Assembly: GCA_964016885.1 (NCBI GenBank)
Contig: OZ024741.1
Location: 402,690,001 to 402,754,000 of the forward strand
Direction: 5' to 3'
Source: Eledone cirrhosa
Taxonomy: Eukaryota
Length of the DNA stretch: 64,000 nucleotides
Part shown: positions 10,770 through 24,000 of the stretch, piece by piece
Position numbering within the stretch: the first letter of the stretch is position 1
Layout of the letters: every line of letters begins with the position of its first letter
Program-made: the position numbers and the translations under genes
Notes under the pieces: model-generated
What the model was told of the DNA's origin: nothing
The model's input: the letters and a program-made list of their open reading frames with translations, nothing else
Databases searched by the model: none

Positions 10770-11095
10770 TATTCATTAGTTAAGCAAAACAAGACCACAA
10801 ATTTCACAAGGAAGACATTATTTTAATTTATATTCCTTTGAGTTCCGATGAGTCACTCTGTTTTTTTAAATATGTTAATTATTTTCAACTGAACCAGATC
10901 AATTATGATATATAGTCATCTGATCCAGAAATATTATATGGAGTAGCGAAACAATTGTAAACGGACATTATTAATATTAATATTATTATTATTATTATTC
11001 TCTACATTCCTTACATCAAACTAAAATATGTTGACAATCTTTTAATAATGTCTTCCTTGTGAAATTTGTAGTCTTGTTTTGCTTAACTAATGAAT

Positions 11096-11097
<2 letters not shown>
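10770..11097 (+). mobile_element. Element with about 52-bp terminal inverted arms enclosing a hammerhead-like motif (10842-10962)
   Basis: ATATTCATTAGTTAAGCAAAACAAGAC..GGAAGACATTA inverted at about 11046-11097; GTT-CCGATGA-GTCACTCTG..TGGAGTAGC-GAAAC-AATT-GTA-AAC. Confidence 0.6.
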
Positions 11098-11447
<350 letters not shown>

Positions 11448-11450
11448 ATA

Positions 11451-12010
11451 TCATCTATCTAGAGTGGGTAAAATTCCCGAGATCCATGAACGAGTTCTCT
11501 CCAGCGGTCTCTGTCCCTCATCAGTGTCTGTCCTTAGAGCATCAATATATATTAACCTCGGTCTTCCTCTTCTAGTGTGTCCATGCAGGGGCTCCCACAG
11601 GAGCACTGAGTGCAGTGTCAACTCTGGATGTCGGTGAGCATGTCCAGCTAACCTCAGTCTCCTCTGTGTTACTTTCAAGCTGACTTTTGGGAGGTTCCCG
11701 TACAGCTCTGAGTTCTTCATCCTCAGTGTATACTGATTAGTGTTCAGAGCCATCCTCAGCATTCTCGTGTAGCACCCATCCACCATCTGAGTGAGTTTCT
11801 TGGTCAGTGTCCAAGTCTCAAACCCATACAGCAGCACAGACTCCACTACAGCAATGAAGAAACGGATCTTCAGGTCTTTGCGAATGTCCAACTTCCACAC
11901 CAATCTCAAACTGTGGCACACCGCCCAGGCTTTGCTCTTCCTCTTGACCACATCATCTTCTGTATTCCCAATCTTTGCTCCCAGATACAGGAAGTCTGCA
12001 ACCAATTCTA
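11451..12010 (-). pseudogene. RTE-clade LINE ORF C-terminal fragment
   Basis: DFLYLG..VESVLLYGFETWTL..RMLR..RRLRLAGH..GRPR. Confidence 0.9.
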
Positions 12011-12157
12011 GCGGATTACCGCCTTAATTAGTAGGCATATATAGATGTATATGAACCCATATACAATGCATTTATGTATCAATAATGTATATAGTTCTGT
12101 TGTGAGTGTATTTTAAACTGTGATCATAGACAGTTATTTCAGCATTAGTATATAAGT

Positions 12158-12377
12158 GAAGGCGTGTGGCTGAGTGGTTAGGGAATTAGATTCACAATCG
12201 TAAGGTTGTGAGTTCGATTTCTGGACCAGGTGATGCGTTATGTCCTTGAGCAAGACACTTTATTTCACGTTGCTCGTTCTACCTGGAGTTGCGACCGATA
12301 AATAGTATTAGCAATTGGAAAGACCAACGGAAACATTGTTCCCTCGGTCCGATTTGACGAAAGGCGATCGTTCCTTT
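12158..12377 (+). mobile_element. tRNA-derived CORE-type SINE with 13-bp TSD
   Basis: A box TGGCTGAGTGG, B box GTTCGATT, TGTCCTTGAGCAAGACACTT; TTAGTATATAAGT at 12145-12157 and 12378-12390. Confidence 0.85.
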
Positions 12378-12701
12378 TTAGTATATAAGTAGTAAATGTA
12401 TGTATTTCACAGTCATTACCCCTCTTCAGCACTCACTCACACACAGATGCTGAATATAAAAGACAACATTGTCATGGGGGCAGAGTCCTCAATTGCTGGA
12501 GTGTTTGAGGACTCTTCCCCCATGTCTCTCTCAAGAAGAAGAAGAATTATTCTCCTCTTTAAAAGTTTATTTACATATCATGCAAGCTTTACCAGGCTGT
12601 ATTAATTAACAATATGCAAATTCAAATCCAGGGCCTTCTTATTCCTGATGGAGCAACCCTTCTCTGATTGACCTCCACCACTTTCTATCTCTGGCCACAG
12701 T

Positions 12702-13723
12702 GGACCATGTGGGGTTCAGCTATTGTGACAGATCATGTGGGACTAAGCTATAGGGACAGATCATGTGGGGCTGAGCTATCACGACAGATCATGTGGGGCT
12801 GAGCTATCTATCGGGACAGATCATGTGGGGCTGAGCTATCATGACAGATCATGTGGGGCTGAGCTATAGGGACATATTATATGGGGCTGAGCGATCACGA
12901 CAGATTATGTGGGGCTGATCTATCACAACATATCATGTGGGGATGAGCTATCACGACAGATCATGTGGGACTGAGCTATCACGACAGATCATGTGGGATT
13001 GAGCTATCATGACAGATCATGTGGAGCTGAGCTATAGGGACATATCATGTGGGGCTGAGCTATCACAACAGATCATGTGGGGCTGAGCTATCATGACAGA
13101 TCATGTGGGGCTGAGCTATCACGACAGATCATGTGGGGCTGAGCTATCATGACAGATCATGTGGGGCTGAGCTATCACGACAGACCATGTGGGGTTGAGC
13201 TATCACAAAAGCTCATGTGGGGCTGAGCTATCACGACAGACCATGTGGGGCTGAGCTATCACGACACATCATGTGGGGCTGAGCTATCACAACAGACCAT
13301 GTGGGGCTGAGCTATCACGACAGATCATGTGGGGCTGAGCTATAGGGACAGATCATGTGGGGCTGAGGTATAGGGACAGATCATGTGGGGCTGAGCTATC
13401 ATGACAGATAATGTGGGGCTGAGCTATCACGACAGATCATGTGGGGCTGAGCTATCATGACAGATCATGTGGGGCTGAACTATCATGACAGATCATGTGG
13501 GGCTGAGCTATCACAAAAGATCATGTGGGGCTGGCTATCGCGACAGATCATGTGGGGCTGGCTATCGCGACAGATCATGTGGGGCTGAGCTATCACGATA
13601 TATCATGTGGGGATGAACTATCTCGACAGACCATGTGGGGCTGCTGAGCTATCACAACAGATCATGTGGGGCTGAGCTATCACGACAGATCATGTGGGGC
13701 TGAGCTATTATGACAGATCATCA
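12702..13723. repeat. 28-bp minisatellite, about 36 copies (GACAGATCATGTGGGGCTGAGCTATCAC)
   Basis: Direct 28-nt periodicity, e.g. GACAGA at 13095 and 13123. Confidence 0.97.
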
Positions 13724-13999
13724 TTCCATCTTGCCTTTGGCCACTCTCTGGTGTCCACTCTGTCACTCCAATAGTCCACCTGTTATCTCTGACATGAGAG
13801 ATGTGGCCAGCCACAGGATATCAGTTATGGCCTTCATGCAAGTCTGTTGTCAAATCCAGGTGTTAACCTTTCTATCATGTGGTGCTGAGCATGATTTGCT
13901 ACATTTTATATTAGGCCATTGCAAGAGTCCCTGCAGCTGGGATGTTGAGTGCCCATGTCTCACTTCTATAACTCATCACTGACAAAACATATTCATTAT

Positions 14000-14217
14000 C
14001 CCTTTAGTATTTACATTACTCTATATATATTGTTATATTTTCATGGTAAAGGCTTTACTACACAATATATCCCATAATATTGAATCTATGAGATTTTCAT
14101 ATTATTTATTTTGATAACAATACCTTAACATCAGTATGAGCAGCCGATTATGGCTGGTTTGAACAGAAGGAAGTAAAAGAGTTCTGACCGGATATGGGCA
14201 GTTTAAATGCTAAAGGG
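14000..14217. mobile_element. piggyBac-type MITE
   Basis: TIRs CCCTTTAGTATTT/AAATGCTAAAGGG; flanks TTAT/TTAA; homologous copy at 45227-45446. Confidence 0.8.
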
Positions 14218-14424
14218 TTAAACAGCCTTCTTTTGGTTTTGATTGTTGACTTAGTAATTCTAATGATGTTATAAACTTTTCAAAAGCCGCACAACCAAGC
14301 ACAATCCTTCTTTTGACCTCCAGAAGTAGGATACCAGCTCTTTGCAATCTTCTTTCCAAGGTACACATAACTGTCTAGTTCTATTAGCAATATCATTAAT
14401 TTTAATTCACGATATAAGAGGCCC

Positions 14425-14745
14425 TCATCGGTGACTAATGACTATGGTTTTGCACCTAGAAAGTTTCCCTCCGAGGCACAAGCCTGGGCAAGGTTGTTTG
14501 TAGAAAACAAGCAGTCGCCCATGTATACCAGTCTCCCCTCTCCATGCCACTGATGTTGCTCAAGAGAAAGGCAATGGTCGATACAGCTTGGTACCCGTGC
14601 AACTCATTTCAACAGCTGAGTAAACTGGAGCAACATGAAATAAAGTGTCTTGCTCAAGGACACAATGCATCACCCGGTCTGAGAATCGAACTCACAACCT
14701 CTCAATTGCAAGCCCAATGCTCTAACCACTAAACCATGTGCCTTC
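14425..14745 (-). mobile_element. tRNA-derived CORE-type SINE
   Basis: Reverse complement of a head like 12161-12275 (AAGTGTCTTGCTCAAGGACAC, ATCGAACTC, CTAACCACT) with a different 3' body. Confidence 0.8.
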
Positions 14746-14779
14746 AGAATTAAAACATACATAAGCCCTTATACAATAT

Positions 14780-14945
14780 GTTTACTCCTTTACTTCTTTC
14801 AGTCAGTAGATTGTGGCCATGCTGGGGCATCACCTTGATTTACTTGATCATATCAACTCTAGTTCTTATATGTTCAGGTCTAGTACTTATTTTAACAATT
14901 TCTTTTTGTCAAACTGCTATGTCATGGGACATAACTACTAACAAA
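14780..14945 (-). mobile_element. Decayed SINE-like fragment
   Basis: TTTACTCCTTTACT..TGTGGCCATGCTGGGGCA mirrors the tail fragment GCTCCAACATGGCC..GTAAAAGAGTAAAAGAGT at 45133-45185. Confidence 0.5.
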
Positions 14946-15072
14946 TATAAATAGAGATGGACACACGGACAGACAGACACATATATATATATATTGAAAA
15001 GGTGTTGCCCCAATACCCTTGAGAAAGCTTGAAAAAAAGAAACCAATTTAAATTCTGTCAAGGTTAACTATG

Positions 15073-18000
15073 CCTTTCATCTCTACGGGGCCAATAAAGT
15101 AAAATACCAGTAACCTCTTCCTTTCATCTTTACGGGGTCAATAAAATACCAGTAACCTCTTCCTTTCATCTTTACGGGGTCAATAAAATACCAGTAACCT
15201 CTTCCTTTCATCTTTACGGGTTCAATAAAATAAAATACCAGTAACCTCTTCCTTTCATCCTTACAGGGTCAATAAAATAAAATACCAGTAACCTTTCCTT
15301 TCATCTTTACGGGGTCAATAAAATACCAGTAACCTCTTCCTTTCATCTTTACGGGGTCAATAAAATAAAATACCAGTAACCTGTTCCTTTCATCCTTCCG
15401 GGGTCAATAAAATAAAATAGCAGTAACCTCTTCCTTTATTCTTTACGGGGTCAATAAAATAAAATACCAGTAACCTCTTCCTTTCATCTTTACGGGGTCA
15501 ATAAAATAAAATACCAGTAACCTGTTCCTTTCATCCTTCCGGGGTCAATAAAATAAAATACCAGTAACCTCTTCCTTTCATCTTTACGGGGTCAATAAAA
15601 TAAAATACCAGTAACCTCTTCCTTTCATCCTTACAGGGTCAATAAAATAAAATACCAGTAACCTCTTCCTTTCGTCCTTACAGGGTCAATAAAATAAAAT
15701 ACCAGTAACCTCTTCCTTTCATCTTAACGGGGTCAATAAAATAAAATACCAGTAACCTCTTCCTTTCATCTTAACGAGGTCAATAAAATAAAATACCAGT
15801 AACCTCTTCCTTTCATCTTTACGGGGTCAATAAAATAAAATACCAGTAACCTCTTCCTTTCAACTTTACGGGGTCAATAAAATAAAATACCAGTAACCTC
15901 TTCCTTTCAACTTTAAGGGGTCAATAAAATAAAATACCTGTAACGTCTTCTTTTCATCCTTACGGAGTCAATAAAATAAAATACCAGTAACCTCTTCCTT
16001 TCATTTTTACGGGGTCAATAAAATAAAATACCAGTAACCTCTTCCTTTCATTTTTACGGGGTCAATAAAATAAAATACCAGTAACATCTTTCTTTCAACT
16101 TTACGGGATCAATAAAATAAAATACCAGTAACCTATTCCTTTCATTCTTACGGGGTCAATAAAATAAAATACCAGTAACCACTTCCTTGCAACTTTACGG
16201 GGTCAATAAAATAAAATACCAGTAACCTCTTCCTTTCACCCTTACGGGGTCAATAAAATAAAATACCAGTTACCTCTTCCTTCACCCTTACGGGGTCAAT
16301 AAAATAAAATACCAGTAACCTCTTCCTTTCATCTTTACGGGGTCAATAAAATAAAATACCAGTAACCTCTTCCTTTCATCTTTACAGGGACAATAAAATA
16401 AAATACCAGTCATCTCTTCGTTCATCCTTACGGGGTCAATAAAATAAAATACCAGTAACCTCTTCCTTTCATTATTACAGGGTCAATAAAATAAAATACC
16501 AGTAACCTCTTTCTTTCATCTTTACGGGGTCAATAAAATAAAATACCAGTAACCACTTCCTTTCATCTTTACAGGGTCAACAAAATAAAATACCAGTAAC
16601 CTCTTCCTTTGATCCTTACGGGGTGAATAAAATAAAATACCAGTAACCTCTTCCTTTCATCTTTTAGGGGTCAATAAAATAAAATACCAGTAACCTCTTC
16701 CTTTCATCTTTACGGGGTCAATAAAAAATAATACCAGTAACCTCTTCCTTTCATCCTTACGGGGTCAATAAAATAAAATACCAGTAACCTCTTCCTTTCA
16801 TCTTTACGGGCTCAATGAAATAAAATACCAGTAACCTCTTCCTTTCATCTTTACGGGGTCAATAAAATAAAATACCAGAAACCTCTTCCTTTCATCTTTA
16901 CAGGGTCAATAAAATAAAATACCAGTAACCTCTTCCTTTCATCTTTACGGGGTCAATAAAAAATAATACCAGTAACCTCTTCATTTCATCCGTACGGGTC
17001 AATAAAATAATATATCAGTAACCTCTTCCTTTCAACGTTACGGGGTCAATAATTTAAAATACCAGTAACCTCTTCCTTTCAACTTTACGGGGTCAATAAA
17101 AAATAATACCAGTAACCTCTTCCTTTCATCCTTACGGAGTCAACAAAATAAAATACCAGTAACCTCATCCTTTCATACTTACGGGGGTCAATAAAATAAA
17201 ATACCAGTAACTTCTTCCTTTCATACTTACGGGGTCAATAAAATAAAATACCAGTAACCTCTTCCTTTCATCCTTACGGGGTCAATAAAATAAAATACCA
17301 GTAACCTCTTCCTTTCATCCTTACGGAGTCAACAAAATAAAATACCAGTAACCTCATCCTTTCATACTTACGGAGTCAATAAAATAAAATACCAGTAACT
17401 TCTTCCTTTCATACTTACGGGGTCAATAAAATAAAATACCAGTAACCTCATCCTTTCATACTTACGGGGTCAATAAAATAAAATACCAGTAACTTCTTCC
17501 TTTCATACTTACGGGGTCAATAAAACAAAATACCAGTAACCTCTTCCTTTCATCCTTACGGGGTCAATAAAATGAAATACCAGTAACCTCTTCCTTTCAT
17601 CTTTACGGGGTCAATAAAATAAAATACCAGTAACCTCTTCCTTTCATCTTTACGGGGTCAATAAAAAATAATACCAGTAACCTCTTCCTTTCACCCTTAC
17701 GGGGTCAATAAAATAAAATACCAGTAACCTCTTCCTTTCATCTTTACAGGGTCAATAAAATAATATACCAGTAACCTCTTCCTTTCACCCTTACGGGGTC
17801 AATAAAATAGAATACCAGTAACCTCTTCCTTTCATCTTTACAGGGTCAATAAAACAAAATACCAGTAACCTCTTCCTTTCACCCTTACGGGGTCAATAAA
17901 ATAAAATACCAGTAACCTCTTCCTTTCATCTTTACGGCGTCAATAAAATAAAATACCAGTAACCTCTTCCTTTCATCTTTACAGGGTCAATAAAATAAAA

Positions 18001-21000
18001 TACCAGTAAGCTCTTCCTTTCATCTTTACGGGGTCAATAAAATAAAATACCAGTAACCTCTTCCTTTCATCTTTACGGAGTCAATAAAATAAAATACCAG
18101 TAACCTCTTCCTTTCATCTTTACGGGGTCAATAAAATAAAATACCAGTAACCTCTTCCTTTCATCTTTACGGAGTCAATAAAATAAAATACCAGTAACCT
18201 CTTCCTTTCATCTTTACGGAGTCAATAAAATAAAATACCAGTAACCTCTTCCTTTCATCCTTACGGGGTCAATAAAATAAAATACCAGTAACCTCTTCCT
18301 TTCATCTTTACGGGGTCAATAAAATAAAATACCAGTAACCTCTTCCTTTCATCTTTACGGAGTCAATAAAATAAAATACCAGTAACCTCTTCCTTTCATC
18401 TTTACGGGGTCAATAAAATTAAATACCAGTAACTTCTTCCATTCATCTTTACAGGGTCAATAAAATAAAATACCAGTAACCTCTTCCTTTCATCTTTACG
18501 GGGTGAATAAAATAAAATACCAGTAACCTCTTCCTTTCATACTTACAGGGTCAATAAAATAAATACAAGTAACCTCTTCCTTTCACCCTTACAGGGTCAA
18601 TAAAATAAAATACCAGTAACCTCTTCCTTTCATCTTTACGGGGTCAATAAAAAATAATACCAGTAACCTCTTCCTTTCATCTTTACGGGGTCAATAAAAT
18701 AAAATACCAGTAACCTCTTCCTTTCATCCTTACGGGGTCAATAAAATAAAATACCAGTAACCTCTTCCTTTCATCCTTACGGGGTCAATAAAATAAAATA
18801 CCAGTAACCTCTTCCTTTCATCTTTACGGGGTCAATAAAATAAAATACCAGTAACCTCTTCATTTCATCCTTACAGTGTCAATAAAATAAAATACCAGTA
18901 ACTTCTTCCATTCATCTTTACAGGGTCAATAAAATAATATACCAGTAACCTCTTCCTTTCATCTCTACGGGGTCAATAAAATAAAATACCAGTAACCTCT
19001 TCCTTTCATCTCTACGGGGTCAATAAAATAAAATACCAGTAACCTCTTCCTTTCATCTCTACGGGGTCAATAAAATAAAATACCAGTAACCTCTTCCTTT
19101 CATCTCTACGGGGTCAATAAAATAAAATACCAGTAACCTCTTCCTTTCATCTCTACGGGGTCAATAAAATAAAATACCAGTAACCTCTTCCTTTCATCTC
19201 TACGGGGTCAAGAAAATAAAATACCAGTAACCTCTTCCTTTCATCTCTACGGGGTCAATAAAATAAAATACCAGTAACCTCTTCCTTTCATCTCTACGGG
19301 GTCAATAAAATAAAATACCAGTAACCTCTTCCTTTCATCTCTACGGGGTCAATAAAATAAAATACCAGTAACCTCTTCCTTTCATCTCTACGGGGTCAAT
19401 AAAATAAAATACCAGTAACCTCTTCCTTTCATCTCTACGGGGTCAATAAAATAAAATACCAGTAACCTCTTCCTTTCATCTCTACGGGGTCAATAAAATA
19501 AAATACCAGTAACTTCTTCCATTCATCTTTACAGGGTCAATAAAATAAAATACCAGTAACCTCTTCCTTTCATCTCTACGGGGTCAATAAAATAAAATAC
19601 CAGTAACCTCTTCCTTTCATCTCTACGGGGTCAATAAAATAAAATACCAGTAACCTCTTCCTTTCATCTCTACGGGGTCAATAAAATAAAATACCAGTAA
19701 CCTCTTCCTTTCATCTCTACGGGGTCAATAAAATAAAATACCAGTAACCTCTTCCTTTCATCTCTACGGGGTCAATAAAATAAAATACCAGTAACCTCTT
19801 CCTTTCATCTCTACGGGGTCAATAAAATAAAATACCAGTAACCTCTTCCTTTCATCTCTACGGGGTCAATAAAATAAAATACCAGTAACTTCTTCCATTC
19901 ATCTTTACAGGGTCAATAAAATAAAATACCAGTAACCTCTTCCTTTCATCTCTACGGGGTCAATAAAATAAAATACCAGTAACCTCTTCCTTTCATCTCT
20001 ACGGGGTCAATAAAATAAAATACCAGTAACCTCTTCCTTTCATCTCTACGGGGTCAATAAAATAAAATACCAGTAACCTCTTCCTTTCATCTTTACGGAG
20101 TCAATAAAATAAAATACCAGTAACCTCTTCTTTTAATCTTTACGGGGTCAATAAAATAAAATACCAGTAACCTCTTCCTTTCATCTTTACGGGGTCAATA
20201 AAATAAAATACCAGTAAGCTCTTCCTTTCATCTTTACGGAGTCAATAAAATAAAATACCAGTAACCTCTTCCTTTCATCTTTACGGGGTCAATAAAATAA
20301 AATACCAGTAACCTCTTCCTTTCATCTTTACGGGGTCAATAAAATAAAATACCAGTAAGCTCTTCCTTTCATCTTTTAGGGGTCAATAAAATAAAATACC
20401 AGTAACCTCTTCCTTTTATCTTTAACGGGTCAATATAATAAAATACCAATAACCTCTTCCTTACATTCTTACGGGGTCAATAAAATAAAATACCAGTAAC
20501 CTCTTCCTTTCATCTTTACGGGGTCAATAAAATAAATACCAGTAACCTCTTCCTTTCATCTCTACGGGGTCAATAAAATAAATTAGCAGTAACCTCTTCC
20601 TTTCACCCTTAAGGGGTCTATAATATAAAATACCAGTAACCTCTTCCTTTCATCTTTACGGTGTCAATAAAATAAAATACCAGTAACCTCTTCCTTTCTA
20701 CCTTACGGGGTCAATAAAATCAAATACCAGTAACCTCTTCCTTTCTACCTTACGGGGTCAATAAAATAAAATACCAGTAACGTCTTCCTTTCTTCCTTAC
20801 GGGGTCAATAAAATAAAATACCAGTAACCTCTTGCTTTCATCCTTACGGGGTCAATAAAATAAAATACCAGTAATTTCTTCCTTTCTTCCTTACGGGGTC
20901 AATAAAATAAAATACCAGTAACCTCTTACTTTCATCCTACCGGGTCAATAAAATAAAATACCAGTAAACTCTTGCTTTCATCCTTACGGGGTCAATAAAA

Positions 21001-24000
21001 TAAAATACCAGTAACCTCTTCCTTTCACCCTTACAGGGTCAATAAAATAAAATACCAGTAAGCTCTTCCTTTCATCGTTACAGGTTCAATAAAATAAAAT
21101 ACCAGTAACCTCTTCCTTTCATCTTAACGGGGTCAATAAAATAAAATACCAGTAACCTCTTCCTTTCATCCTTACGGGGTCAATAAAATAAAATACCAGT
21201 AACCTCTTCCTTTCATCTTTACGGAGTCAATAAAATAAAATACCAGTAAGCTCTTCCTTTCATCTTTACAGGTTCAATAAAATAAAATACCAGTAACCTC
21301 TTCCTTTCACCCTTACGGGGTCAATAAAATAAAATACCAGTAACCTCTTCCTTTCATCCTTACGGGGTCAATAAAATTAAATACCAGTAACCTCTTCCTT
21401 TCATCCTTACGGGCTTAATAAAATAAAATAAAATACCAGTAACCTTTTCCTTTCATCCTTACGGGGTCAATAAAATAAAATACCAGTAACCTCTTCTTTT
21501 AATCTTTACGGGGTCAATAAAATAAAATACCAGTAACCTCTTCCTTTCATCTTTACAGAGTCAATAAAATAAAATACCAGTAACCTCTTCTTTTCATCTT
21601 TACGGGGTCAATAAAATAAAATACCAGTAAGCACTTCCTTGCAACTTTACGGGGTCAATAAAATAAAATACCAGTAACCTCTTCCTTTCACCTTTACGGG
21701 GTCAATAAAATAAAATACCAGTAACCTCTTCCTTCACCCTTACGGGGTCAATAAAATAAAATACCAGTAACCTCTTCCTTTCATCTTTACAGGGTCAATA
21801 AAATAAAATACCAGTAACCTCTTTCTTTCATCTCAACGGGGTCAATAAAATAAAATACCAGTAACCACTTCCTTTCATCTTTACAGGGTCAACAAAATAA
21901 AATACCAGTAACCTCTTCCTTTGATCCTTAAGGGGTGAATAAAATAAAATACCAGTAACCTCTTCCTTTCATCTTTACGGGGTCAATAAAAAATAATACC
22001 TGTAACCTCTTCCTTTCATCCTTACGGGGTCAATAAAATAAAATACCAGTAAGCTCTTCCTTTCATCTTTACGGGGTCAATAAAATAAAATACCAGTAAC
22101 CTCTTCCTTTCATCTTTACGGGGTCAATAAAATAAAATACCAGAAACCTCTTCCTTTCATCTTTACAGGGTCAATAAAATAAAATACCAGTAACCTCTTC
22201 CTTTCATCCTTACGGGGTCAATAAAATAAAATACCAGTAACGTCTTCTTTTCATCCTTACAGGGTAAATAATATAAAATACCAGTAACCTCTTCCTTTCA
22301 TCCTTACGGGGCCAATAAAATAAAGTACCAGTAACCTCTTCCTTTCATCTTAACGGGGTCAATAAAATAAAATACCAGTAACCTCTTCCTTTCATCTTTA
22401 TGGGGTCAATAAAATAAAATACCAGTAACCTCTTCCTTTCATCCTTACGGGGTCAATAAAATAAAATACCAGTAACGTCTTCTTTTCATCCTTACAGGGT
22501 AAATAATATAAAATACCAGTAACCTCTTCCTTTCATCCTTAAAGGGTCAACAAAATAAAATACCAGTAACCTCTTCCTTTCATCATTACGGGGTCAATAA
22601 AATTAAATACCAGTAACCTCTTCCTTTCATTCTTAGGGGCTCAAAAAAATAAAATACCAGTAAGCTTTTCCTTTCATCCCTACGGGGTCAGTAAAATAAA
22701 ATACCAGTAACCTCTTCCTTTCATCTTTACGGGGTCAATAAAATAAAATACCAGTAACCTCTTCCTTTCATCCCTACGGGGTCAGTAAAATAAAATACCA
22801 GTAACCTCTTCCTTTCATCTTTACGGGGTCAATAAAATAAAATACCAGTAACCTCTTCCTTTCATCTTTACGGGGTCAATAAAATAAAATACCAGTAACC
22901 TCTTCCTTTCATCCCTACGGGGTCAGTAAAATAAAATACCAGTAACCTCTTCCTTTCTACCTTACGGGGTCAATAAAATAAAATACCAGTAACCACTTCC
23001 TTTCTACCTTACGGGGTCAATAAAATAAAATACCAGTAACCTCTTCCTTTCATCTTTACGGAGTCAATAAAATAAAATACCAGTAACGTCTTCTTTTCAT
23101 CCTACGGGGTCAATAAAATAAAATACCAGTAACCTCTTCCTTTCATCTTTACGGGGTCAATAAAATAAAATACCAGTAACCTCTTCCTTTCATCTTTACG
23201 GGGTCAATAAAATAAAATACCAGTAACCTCTTTCTTTCATCTTTACGGGGTCAATAAAATAAAATACCAGTAACCTCTTCCTTTCTACCTTACGGGGTCA
23301 ATAAAATAAAATACCAGTAACCACTTCCTTTCTACCTTACGGGGTCAATAAAATAAAATACCAGTAACCTCTTCCTTTCATCTTTACGGAGTCAATAAAA
23401 TAAAATACCAGTAACGTCTTCTTTTCATCCTTACGGGGTCAATAAAATAAAATACCAGTAACCTCTTCCTTTCATCCTTACGGGGTCAATAAAATAAAAT
23501 ACTAGTAACCTCTTCATTTCATCCTTACAGGGTCAATAAAATAAAATACCAGTAACCTCTTCCTTTCACCCCTACGGGGTCAATAAAATAAAATACCAGT
23601 AACCTCTTTCTTTCATCCTTACGGGGTCAATAAAATAAAATACCAGTAATCTTTTCCTTTCATTCTTACGGGGTCAATAAAATACCAGTAACCTTTTCCT
23701 TTCATCCTTACAGTGTCAATAAAATAAAATACCAGTAACCTCTTCCTTTCATCCTTACAGGGTCAATAAAATAAAATACCAGTAACCTCTTCCTTTCATC
23801 CTTACAGGGTCCATATAAATAAAATACCAGTAACCTCTTCCTTTCATCCTTACAGGGTCAATAAAATAAAATACCAGTAACCTCTTCCTTTCATGCTTAC
23901 TGGGTCAATAAAATAAAATACCAGTAAACTCTTCCTTTCATCTTTACGGGGTCAATAAAATAAAATAGCAGTAACCTCTTCATTTCATCTTAACGGGGTC

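Larger units (their letters stand above)
12620..14400 (-). pseudogene. Old RTE LINE fragment interrupted by a MITE and a minisatellite
   Basis: Decayed minus-strand motifs: DSYVYLG..EVKRRIVLG.AAF..VLSVMSYRSETWAL..AGHISHVRDNRWT..EWTP..RW [array] PTWSTVARDRKWWR. Confidence 0.75.

Noticed and set aside
12161-12232. Possible tRNA gene (also 14670-14742 on the minus strand)
   Set aside because: A/B boxes continue into a SINE body, with a TSD in the 12158 copy; I could not build a full cloverleaf.
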